Assembly: GCA_024137785.1 (NCBI GenBank)
Contig: JAHRHZ010000017.1
Location: forward strand, 10,355,251-10,419,250
Direction: 5' to 3'
DNA: 64,000 nucleotides
From: Ginglymostoma cirratum
Lineage: Eukaryota
Every line of letters starts with the position of its first letter. Position 1 is the stretch's first letter. The translations under genes and the position numbers were made by a program. This document shows positions 13,101-25,100 of this stretch, piece by piece. A model generated the notes under the pieces. That model was not told the DNA's origin, made no database searches, and saw only the letters and a program-made list of their open reading frames with translations.

Positions 13101-16100
13101 GAGCGAAACTTTTGACTATGAAGTCCATAACCCTTTTCTAAGTTTGTTTTTTCCTTCACAGATGCTGCTGCCAGACCCGCTGAGCTTATCCAGTAACATT
13201 GTTTTTGTTCCTGATTTACAGCATCCGCAGTTCTTTTGATTTTTATTTAGTATTTAACCCTTTTCTAAGTGTTTGGATTTCCTATTTTGGAGATGCCCCC
13301 AGACCATGTAGCTGGATTTCTGTTGGCTTGAAGCAGAGTTTTGTCAACCAAGACTCTCTATCTGACAATGTTGTGACACTCTCTCTCCTGTCTAACTTGA
13401 AATTTTGAGATGTCCATAGATATACATGACTGTACGCCAAAACATCTGGTCTTTGTCACTGATTTCCCTTGGGAAAAATTTTGAATTTATCTTCTACTGG
13501 AAACCAATTTTACTCTGATTAAAAATTTCATCAAATAGCTCTTCAGTCTTTTGCTCTACTGAGGCTGTGTCCTGTTTAGGCAGATTTCTGAAAGTGACCT
13601 ATTTTCTTATAACAAAAGCATCTGGTTTAAAAGCTGGGCACTAATTATGCCATGATATTTCTTTGTTTCATTGTGTTGAAACAAACTTTTCTTAATTGGC
13701 GTCTGTCCTACCTTCTGCACTGGTTTACTTGATTTTGTTTCTTAAGAAATGAATAGATTCCATTGATCTCCTGTATCAAATTTTATCTTCTCCTCTTCGG
13801 AGTGAGCTGTTTTGCTTCTGGACCTCTGCTTCACTCACCATCTCAATGACTTTCGCTAAAGTTAGGCCTTCTTTGAACTAGAATAAATTTGAGAAAGACT
13901 CATCAATACACCCATCAACAATTCGGTCTCTTTTGAATTCAAGTAACTATAGTCACATCTCACCACTAAACTGTGGAGTCATACAGCACAGAAGCAGGCC
14001 CGTTGGTCCAACTTGCCCACACTGACCAGGCATCCCAATCTGACCTGGTCCCACTTGCCAGCATTTGGCCCATTTCTCTCTAAACCTTTCCCAATATATC
14101 TATACAAATATCATTTAAATGTTGTAAGTGTATCCACCTCCACCACTTCCTCTGGCAGCTAGGAAGTGGTGGAGGTGGATACACTTACATACATACACCA
14201 CCCGCTGCGTGAAGAAGTTACATCTCAGGTCCTTTGTAAATCTTTCCTCCTCAGCTTAAACCTATGCTCTCTAGTTTTGGATAACCCAACCCAGGAAAAA
14301 GACCTTGGCTATTTGCCCTATCCACGCTCCTCATGATTTTACAAACCTCTATAAGGTCACCTCTTAGCCTCCGACACTCCAGGGAAAGTAACTCCAGCCC
14401 TATGTAGCCTCTCCCTATAGACAAACCCTCCAATCCCGGCAAGATCTTTGGAAATATTTTTCTGTACCCTCTCAAGTTTAACCACACCTTTCCTATAGAA
14501 GGGTGACCGGAAGTGTACGCGGTATTCTAAAGGTGGCCTCACCAATGTCCTGTACAGCTAAAACATGACATCCCAATTCCTATACTCAATGTTCTGACCA
14601 ATGAAGGCAAGCATACCAAACACCTTCTTCACCACCCTTCTCTGTGTGACTCCACTTTCAAGGAATTATGCATCTGCACCCATAGGTCTCTTTGTTCGAC
14701 AAAACACCAGAGGGCCCAACCATTAACCGTATAATTCTTGTCCTGTTTGTCTTACCAAAGCACAACACCTCACATCTATCACAAGTAAACTCCATCTGCC
14801 AGTCTTCAGCCCATTGGCCCATCTGCTCAAGGTCCCATTTTACTTTGAGATAATCTTCTTCACTGCCCACTTCATCACCTATTTTGGTGTCATTATTATT
14901 AATTATTGAGCATTAACGGAAATCATGTATGGATTTACCTGGAAGTGGCACTTTTTTAATGGATCTAACTCTTTCAAGAATTTTATTACTTATGTTGAAA
15001 TAATTGTCAAAGGTTTTCAAACTCTCTTTGAATTTTTATGAAGTTGCAAGTCATTCCCAACGAGCAATAACATCTGATATACTACTGATTGTGTATTGGT
15101 GCGTATTTGTTCAGCTTCTGTCTTACTTTACAGTTTCAAAGTTTTCTATTCCTGAAGAACTGTCTTCTTCAGAAGTTCAATTTTGTATTCTATTCAGATC
15201 ATCTCTGAAATGTAATTTTCCTCGAATACTATCCATCTGCAATGGATACCATGCTTCTTAATGTGGTCAGGCATTTTATCTTCCCTAAAGTTTTATTTTA
15301 ATCTTTAGTAATAGCAATTCTTCTGAGCTTTGCTGCTGTACTAGAACATTTTCCCATACCTTGTGACTGTAACAGAAGTTTTCCAGCCTTCCGTGGTCAT
15401 AAAGGAAGATTTCCTGCGTTTTGGAACCTCAATTGGATTCCAGCTGCATTCTGCTTTCCTTCCAAAACCTTTTCATGTTAGATCAAATTGCATTTTTCTT
15501 TATATTCCCCAATGTTTTTCCGCTATAGGTGGCTTGGTTAGTAATATCCGAAGCCCTCCTCTCTCAGAATATATCCATTTTCTTTCATTCCCTTCTTGGT
15601 TTAACTTTTCCAGCACTGCCTTCTGCAGCATGTGTGCTATGATGGTGACACCCAAACATAGCTGCTATTTACTCCCTTTTTAGCCTCAATTATTGTATGT
15701 CTAGGGTTTCTGCATTGTATGAGGAATTTTGGTTTTGATGCCTTAAAACTCAGACTTACAACCACACCCACAGACCATGACCTCATAATGTAGCCACTAT
15801 GTAACTGCAGGTTTCTTCTGTTCCTATTCCTGTTCCACATAATAAGATCGGAAGTGGGAGTGTTCACCAATGTTGGACGTTTTTCAACACCATTTGCAAC
15901 TCATCAGATACTGAAGTAGTCCATGTCCAAATACAGAAAGACGTGGAAAATATCCAAGCTCGGGCTGAAAAGAAGCAAGGTAACATTTGTGCCACACAAA
16001 TGCAATGACCATTTCCATTAAGAGAGAATCTAACCACTCTCCCTTGACATTCAATAGTATTGCCATCATTGAAACACTTACTGCCAACATCCTTAGGGTT

Positions 16101-19100
16101 AACACTGGCCAGAAATTGAATGTGACTAACCATACAAATACAGTCACTATGAACGCACATCAGAGGCTAGGAAAACTACACTGAGTAACTGACCTTCTGA
16201 GCGCTAAAGCCTGCCTACCATCTAGAAAGCACAAGGGTGATGGCATACTCCCCACTTGTCTGGATGACTGCAACAACCAACAATACTCAAGAAACTTGAC
16301 ACCAGCCAAGCCGAAACTGTATACTTTATTGGCACCACATCCACAATCATCCACTCTCTCCATCACTGACACTCAGTAGCAGCAGTGTATATCATCTACA
16401 AGATGGACTGCAGAAAATTATCAAAGCTCCTCAGACAGCTCATTCCAAACCCACAACCACTTCCATCTAGAAAGACAAGGGCAGCAGAGACATAAAAATA
16501 CCATCACCTGTACATTACCCTCCATGCCAATCACCATCCTGACTTGGAAATATATCACTGTTCCTTCAGTGTTGTTGGGCCAAAATCCTGGAATTCCCTC
16601 TGTAACAGCATGGTGGGCCTGCAGCACATGGACTGCAGTGGTTCAAGAAGGCAACTCACCACCATCTTCTTAAGGGCAATTAGGGATAGACAATAAATGA
16701 TGACCCAGCAAGCAACGCTCACAGCCCATGGAGAGAATTTTAAAAATCTACTTTCAAGGATTGTTTATGGAATGTGCTGTTGTCAGCAATCAGGTTTTTC
16801 TCTTGAAGCTTACCAGATCACCAGCATGGACTTTGCTTTTTCTTGAAGCCCTAATTTTTAATTTCTTCTAGATGACATCCTTTTGAAACAATACTGGTTA
16901 ACACTGCTCACTATGTTGTGGCAGTGATCCACTGTTGCCACGATATTGTATATGGGTTCCTTCAAGCCCAAGATCGTCTAATGTGAATTGGAATATCCAC
17001 CTTGAAGGCTTTCCAACATATGTTACTGCCATGTTGAAAAATGACAAGATGTTATGTTGCTCTTGGTGTTAGGCAAAGAATGGTTCTATTAATCAGGGTT
17101 TTCACGCGGTGCAGCATCAACAATTTTTAGCCTCTAGCTTCACTCTATTGGCAACAGTTGATCAGATGGAATGAGGAAATACATTTATGGTTGTGATCTT
17201 TGACTTTCAATAAAGTGTTACTAGTGCCATATTTGTGTTTCTTTTCCATTTCCCTCAAACTATGTAGAGGGTTATTGCTCACTGTCAGCTTTAGACCTGG
17301 TTCACAGCTGGATTTCGAATATGGTGCTGGTAGTTCAAATCCCAGCAACAAGTACTTCCATTGCTGTTCAGGGTCAGAAATCACATGACACCAGGTTATA
17401 GTCCAACAGGTTTTTTTGAAAACACAGGCTTTCGGAGCCTCAGTCCATCTTCAGGTGTTAGTGAGAGAGATAGTTTTAGGCACTGAATTTATAAGTAAAA
17501 GATCAAAGATTCACACCATTAATGAGGATGTACTAAACAAACTGTTTAGTTACAAATTCAGTGCCTAACACTACCTCTCTCACTAACACCTGAAGAAGGA
17601 CTGTGGATCCGAAAGCTTGTGTTTACAAATAAACCTGTTGGACTATAACCTGGTGTTGTCGTGTGATTTCTGACCTTGTCCACCCGAGTCCAACATTGAC
17701 ACCTCCACATCATTGCTGGTCAGCACACAATAGCAAGAATGCATTACCATAGAGGTGTGGTGTGTAAACAATGAGCTGAGCAGCAGAGAATTTTGAGAGC
17801 GAGCTCACAGAGAGAAACATTTTCAGAAACTCCCCAAAATTGACACTTAGCAGATATTAGTAAAATTCAGCATATAATTTCTGCTCTGAGACAAACAATC
17901 TGTTGTTGCAATGTCTCTGTTGTTCCTCATTATAATTTACCTCTAAATTTAATTCATTTCATCAGTTCTAGCCAAGCAATTCTATTAGCCAAAAATTTAA
18001 CCCAGATGCAAGGAAAACCACACACTCACTTGACAACCAATATAGAATATTGAATAAATAAGAGCTCTGCCTTTCTGACAGGAGATTCCAATTGCAGTTC
18101 CTTCTGAAATGCAGAGTTGTACTTTCATTCTAACAGGTCCCTTATAGTACGCTACAATCAGGAGAAGGCAAACCACATAACCTTTCTCACAGAAGTCAAT
18201 TGCCATGTTCCATCATTTCAAGGTACAGCCATGTTGACAGCTCCTATCAAAGGGTAAGCACATAAAGTAGATCCAAGGGGAGAGTGCTGACAGGGTTGAA
18301 TACTTGGTGGGTAGGAGTAAGGTGCCAGGCAAGTATGGTGTAATTGGGTAGGCAGTAGTTGTCAGAGTGGTACAGTGGCTCAATGGTTAGCACTGCTGCC
18401 TGAGTGTCAGAAACCAGAGTTTGATTCCAGCCTTGGAATACTGCCTGTGTGGAGTCTGCACGCTCTCCCAGTGTCTGTGTGCGTTTCTGCCAGGTTTCTG
18501 CCCACAGTCCAAAGATGTGCAGGTCAGGTGGATTGGCCACGCTAAATTACCCATAGTTTCCAGAGATATGCAGGGTAGGCAGATTATCCATGGTAAAGGA
18601 AGGGTTACGGGAATAGGATGGGATGCTCTTCAGAGAGTCAGTGTAGACCCAATGGGCTGAATGGCCTCTTTCTGCACTGGAGGGATTCAGTGATTCTTTG
18701 ATTTTAAGTAGGGTGCAACCTGGGTTGAGGGTATGGTGCAATTGGATAGGGTTCTGGTAAGCAAGGAGCTAAGGTGCAAGTTGGCAAGTGACCAGGTAGG
18801 TGATGGTGTCTTTAATTTAGGTCTGGGTGGACAGGATTGATTTGGCAGGGGGTTGTGGGGGTTGGGGGGAGGGTAGAAGTGTGAGGTGCAAGGTGAAAGG
18901 GAATATGGGAGTCAGGTCTGAAGCGTGCATAATGTGGGCGGAGTTGGGGAGAAGGGATGTGTTGCTTGCCAGGGAGATGGGGCAGACATGACTAGGTCTG
19001 GTGGTCAGGTAGAGAGAGATCCAGTCCCATGAGGGGTTAGCCCCGCAACAAGGGGCTATGAGGTCTTGGAGGGCTGGGAACTATGTGTGGGTCATAGAGG

Positions 19101-22100
19101 GACAGGCAGTATGAGGTCTGAGTCTTTGGGGTGTGAAACGTAGGCTGGCAGTTAGTTCAATGGTTATTCATTAGGTCGGCTATGTTTTTAACAAACAAAC
19201 TTTGAGTAATGATTTATGTAATAGCAGCAAAACCCTATGAATTCTCCAATTTAAACAGAGACTTTCAGAGGGCTCTGGGCTTGGGGGAATTGATCTATTA
19301 ATGAATTAGTAGAATCTTCAAATTCCTAGGCAATTCCTCCAGAGATTGCTATGTTGGAAATTCCTTAAAGTCTGTCAGCACATTTCCCATGTTTGCTACA
19401 GAAGCCATTGTCTGGCCATCGAAAAATCAGGGTCGTTCTATTTTGCTTCGATGCCATGAAGTAGTTCAGTTTGGCCCTTGTCCGATTGGTACAAAATATA
19501 TTGGAAACATTTCCAATTGCAAAATGCTTTAACAATACTTCCACCCAAAAGTTCATCACACCCAGAAATTCTCTATCTGCACTGCATTCTGATTTTTAAA
19601 CACAACACAAAAATGCCTGAGATAACAAGCTGGACGAACACAGCAGGACAAGCAGCATCACAGGAGCAGGAAAGCTGACATTTCGGGTCCAGACCCTTCT
19701 TCAGAAATGGGGGAGAGGAAGGGGATTCTGAAATAAATAGGGAGAGAGGGGGAGGAGGATAGAAGATGGATAAAGGAAAAGATAGGTGGAGAGGAGACGG
19801 ACAGGTCAAAGAGGTGGGGGTGGAGCCAGTAAAGGTGAGTGTAGATGGGGAATTAGGGAGGGGATAGGTCAAGGAGGTGGGATGAGGCTGGTCGGTAGGA
19901 GGTGGGGGTGATGCCAGAGATAGAAACAGAGGGTTCCAGGAAGGAGAGAGAGGTAACGGAGATGGTCCAGGTGAACTTAAGGTTGGGGTGGAAGGTGTTA
20001 GTGAAGTGGATGAACTGTTTGATCTCCTCGTGGAAGCACGAGGTGGCGCCGATACAGTAAGGGTGAGGATGAGTTCAGCGAAGCGCATGAGGGTATCAGT
20101 GGAGGGGACTGGTCGGGCCTGCGGGACAGGAAGAAGCGGAGGGCCTTTGGGCCATCTGCATGGGGAATGCAAGTGTATAGGGACTGGACGTCCATGGTAG
20201 AGATCAGGTGTTGGGGACCAGGGAATGGGAAGTTTTGGAGGAGGTGGAGGGCGTGGGTGGTGTCACGGACTTCGGTGGGGAGCTCCTGGACCAAGGGGGA
20301 GAAAATGGAGTCGAGATAAGAGGAGATAACTTCGGTGGGGCAGGAGCAGTCCTCACCCTTAACAACTTCTCCTTCAATTCCTCCCACTTCCTACAAAGGG
20401 TGTGGCCATGGGCACCCACATGGGCCCAAGCTATGCCTGCCTGCCTCTTTGTAGGATACATGGAACAGTCCCTCTTCCGAAGTTACAGTAGCACTATCCC
20501 CCAACTCTTCCTCCATTACATCGATGACTATATAGGCGCTGCCTCGTGCTCCCACGAGGAGATCGAACAGTTCATCCACTTCACTAACACCTTCCACCCC
20601 AACCTGAAGTTCACCTGGACCATCTCTGATACCTCTCTCTCCTTCCTGGACCTCTCTGTTTCCATCTCTGGCAACCACCTGGAAACCGATATCCATTTCA
20701 AGCCTACCGACTCCCACAGCTACCTAGAATACACCTCTTCTCACCCACCTTCCTGCAAAAATGCCATCCCCTATTTCCAATTCCTTTGCCTCCGCCACAT
20801 CTGCTCCTGAGATGAGGCATTCCACTCCCGGACATCTCAGATGTCCTCGTTTTTCAAGGACCGCGACCTCCCCTCCACAGTGGTCAAAAACGCCCTCGAC
20901 TGTGTCTCCCGCATTTCCCACAACTCATCCCTCACACCCACTCCCCGCAATAACAACCAAAACAGAATCCCCCTCGTCCTCACGTACCACCCCACCAACC
21001 TCCAGATCCAACGCATCATCCTCCGGCACTTCCGCCATCTGCACGCTGACCCCACTACCAAAGACATTTTTCCCTCTGCACCCTTAACTGCTTTCTGGAG
21101 GGACCACTCTCTCCCTTGTCCGCTCCACACTCCCCTCCAGCCCCACCACCCCCAGCACTTTTCCCTGCAACCGCAGGAAGTGCTACACCTGCCCCTACAC
21201 CTCACCCCTCACCCCCATCCCAGGCCCCAAGACAACCTTCCACATCAAGCAGATGTTCAACTGCACATCTGCTAATGTGGTATACTGTATCCACTGTTCC
21301 AGATGTGGCCTCCTCTACTTTGGGGAAACCAAGCGGAGGCTTGGGGACCGCTTTGCGGAACACCTACGTTTGGTTCGCGACAAATGACTGCACCTCCCAG
21401 TTGCAAACCATTTCAACTCCCCCTCCCACTCCTTGGATGACTTGTCCATCCTGGGCCTCCTACAGTGCCACAACGATGCCACCCGAAGGTTGCAGGAACA
21501 GCACCTCATATTTTGCTTGGGAACTCTGCAGCCCAATGGTATCAATGTGGACTTTACAAGCTTCAGAATCTCCCCTCTCCCGACCGCATCCCAAAACCAG
21601 CCCAGCTTGTCTCCGCCTTCATAACCTGTCCTTCCTCCCACCTATCCACTCCTCCCACCTCAAGCCCTACCTACCAGCCTCATCCCGCCTTCTTGACCTG
21701 TCCGTCCTCCCTGGACTGATCAATCCCCTCCCTGATTCCCCACCTACACTCACCTTTACTGGCTCCACCCCCACCTCTTTGACCTGTCTCGTCTCCACCT
21801 ATCTTCTCCTTTATCCATCTTCTACCCGCCTCCCCCTCGCTCCCTATTTATTTCAGAATCCCCTTCCACTCCCCCATTTCTGAAGAAGGGCCTAGACCCA
21901 AAATGTCAGCCTTCCTGCTCCTCTGATGCTGCTTGGCCTGCTGTGTTCATCCAGCTCTACACCTTGTTATCTCAGATTCTCTAGCATCGGCAGTTCCTAC
22001 TATCTCTGTAACAAAAATGCCTGACCTTGATTTAACACAGCATTCTGTGGCATATCATGGTGGCAATATTCAACTACATTGCTACGTAACATGATACTTG

Positions 22101-25100
22101 CAAAACATATGATCCACCCTCAGGAAAAAAAATTTCCCAACCCTTTGTTAAATTCAGCATTAAACTTTTAACAATGTATTTGAAAGATTAAGTATATAGA
22201 AATTCAGTTAATATTTAATAGTTAACAGTTAATAAAGCAGAAACATAGTAAAGTCATGATGAAACTCTTATCAGTGTATATATTAAAACACAATGAGGGT
22301 GTCACTGGTAAGGCCTGTATCTATTGGCTAACCCCAGTTGTCCTTGAGGAAAGTGGTGGCTCGATGGCTTCTTGAACTGCTGCATTTCATATGGTGTCGA
22401 TGTACTTGCAGTGCTATTCGAATTTTGGTCTTGTAACAATGAACTCCGTGATACCTTTCCAAATTAATACGATGTGAGACTTAGAGGAGAATTTAAGGTT
22501 TTTACAAAGATTTGTAGCTCGGGTTGAGAGTGACGTTATTGATTTGCTTACCCAGCTGGCTTATTTTTGTTCAGACGTTTCGTCATCATGCTAGGTGACA
22601 TCATCAGTGAGGCATCCAATGAAGCGATTTTATTTTAATCCGCTTGGAATTTATACTGTCTGGTCTGTTACGGTGAGTTGTGTCATTTCTGGTTTTGTTC
22701 TGTATGGCTTAGAATATGGGATCCAATTCTATATGTTTGTTGATTGCATTATGGGTGGAGAACAATGCCTCTAGGAATACCCGTGTGCGTCAATGTTCGG
22801 CTTGGGCTACTATAGTTACATTGTCCCAGTTAAACTGATGGCCTTCATTGTCCGAGTGTACTGATATTAAGGAGAGTTCATCGTGTCGTTTTGCCATACT
22901 GACCGGCAATATAAATTCCAAGCGGAGTAGAACAACATTGCTTGGAGGCCTCACTTTTGATGTCACCTAGCACGGTGACGAAACGTCTAAATGAGAACAA
23001 GCGAGCTCGGCGAGCAAGTCAACGACCTCACTTAGAAGGGAACTTGCACGTGGTGGTACAGTTCTGAGCCCAGCCACTGACAACGAGAGTCATCCTTGAC
23101 ACAAGGAGTTGCTAATGATCATTTCAGAGTAATGATGGCAGTGCAAAGAAAGCAAAGGCTCACTACTTCAAATTACATAAAATGTTTAACAGCTTGTTTG
23201 TGTTGTGTCTATGCTCCACATGAATAAATCATACAGTCTGTTGGTGAGGCCGGACCTGCAGTACTGTGTACAGTTTTGGTCTCTGTATTTAAGAGAGGAT
23301 GTACCATCATTGAAGGAAGTTCAAAAGAGGTTCACTTGGCTGATTCCTGGGATGAAGGGATTAGTTTATCAAGAAAGGCTAAACAGGTTAGGCCTTTATG
23401 CCTCAGGTTAGAAGAATAATGAATGACCTTATTGAAACATACAAGATTCTGAGAGGGTTGACAGGGTAGATGTTGAGAAGACATTTCCCACAAGTATTGG
23501 GATACTGAACGTGGTGACAGAATAAGGTGACACTCATTTAAAATTTGAGGTGCAAAGGGATTTATTCTCCCAGAGGTGGTGAAACCTTTACCAGAGATTT
23601 ACTAGTTCACTGAATGGATTTAAAGCGGAAGGAGATGAATTTTTGAAATATTAGAGAATGAAGGGCAATGAAGGAAATGAAGGATGAACTGGCACAATAG
23701 AGGAGTTGAAACCTGGAGCAGATCAGCAATCATCTTGTTGAACGGCAAGAAAGGATTGAGGGGCTGAATAGCCTACATCTTCCACTCTTATGATTCTTCA
23801 CCCATTCTAATCACCTCTTCCTTTCTGCCTATCTCTCAATTCACTTCTCCCTCAATAGGCATCAACTCTAAATGCACAAATACTATTTTAATTAATTCCA
23901 TGTGGTGGGGAGCTCCATATTCTCCCTATACAATAAAGAAATGCTTTTGATATTGTCTACTTGATTTGTTGGTACTTATCGTACATTTATGCATCTTGTT
24001 CCGGATTCAGCAACGTACGAAAACCCTTTATTAAAGTCAGCCTAGCAAACTTCCTGGACCTCCCACATAGATGCAAAGGTCAAGAAGGCACAACAATGCC
24101 TCTTCGTCCTCAGGGGCTAAGAAAATTCGGCATGTCCATACGGACCCTCACCAACTTTTACAGGTGCACCATAGAAAGCATTCTATCTGGGTGCATAATG
24201 GTTTGGTATGGCAACTGCTCTGCCCAAGCCTGTAAGAAACTACAGAAACGTATGCACTCACCAGACCATCACAGAAACCAACCTCCCATCCACGGACTCC
24301 ACTTACACTTCCTGTTGCTATGGAAAGGCTGCCAACAACATCAAAGACCCCTCCTACCCTGATAGTACCCTCTTCCTAGCTCTTCCATCAGGCAGGAGAT
24401 ACAGAAGCTTGAATAGACGCACCAACAGGTTCAAGAATAGCTTCTTTCCTGCCATTATTAGACTGATGAATGGGCCTCTCCAATTTCAAATGTAATGTTG
24501 ATTTTGCTTTGTGTATCTGTAATCTTATACGCCTCACTCTGTCTAAGCACCCTATGATCTGTACGTCCTTATATGTTATGATCTGCCTGTGCTGCTTGCA
24601 AAACATAACTTTTCACTACACTTAGGTACATGTGACAACACTAAATCAAATCAAAACAAAATCCTTTGATCATTTTGAAGACATTTATCAGATTCATTTT
24701 TAGTCCAAATCTGAATGAAACTACTGACTAAGGGAATAAGGAAAAACTGGGGTTTCAGTGACTGATATACAAATTGAAGACAATTGACAGAAAAAAAAAA
24801 AGCAGAGCAGATTTGGGAACAATTTCTTTATTTCTGGAATGCAACTCTTGCAAGGGTGATAGGAAATAGGAGCAAGAGTAGGCCAATCAGCCCATCAAGC
24901 AAGCTCTGCCATTCAACATGAAAATGGCCGATCTTCTAATACTGCGCCATAACTTCTTTTTCTCCCCAAACCCAACGTCTTGACCCTCTTTAAATCTATT
25001 TACTGCTTAAGCACATTCACTAACTTCACCTCCACAGCCTTCTGCAGCAGAGAATTCCACAAGTTCACCACCCTTTGAGTGAAGAAATTTCTCCTCATAT

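Larger units (their letters stand above)
11520..15650 (-). mobile_element. Decayed Ty3/Gypsy LTR retrotransposon relic, interrupted by other insertions
   Basis: Gag-like RDRIV.G..DES.S..L...[10 protein letters not shown] at ~13930-13850; CPA knuckle near 13640; FKLD protease-like motif near 13405-13390; 11525-12100 resembles the LTR-like segment at 58651-59460. Boundaries approximate. Confidence 0.6.

Noticed and set aside
18847-18873. G-run cluster with G-quadruplex potential
   Set aside because: Lies in a G-rich, probably repeat-derived intronic tract; such runs are common.
19573-21883. Many overlapping 100-255 aa ORFs
   Set aside because: Alternate frames and antisense of a frameshifted Penelope-like element, not host genes.
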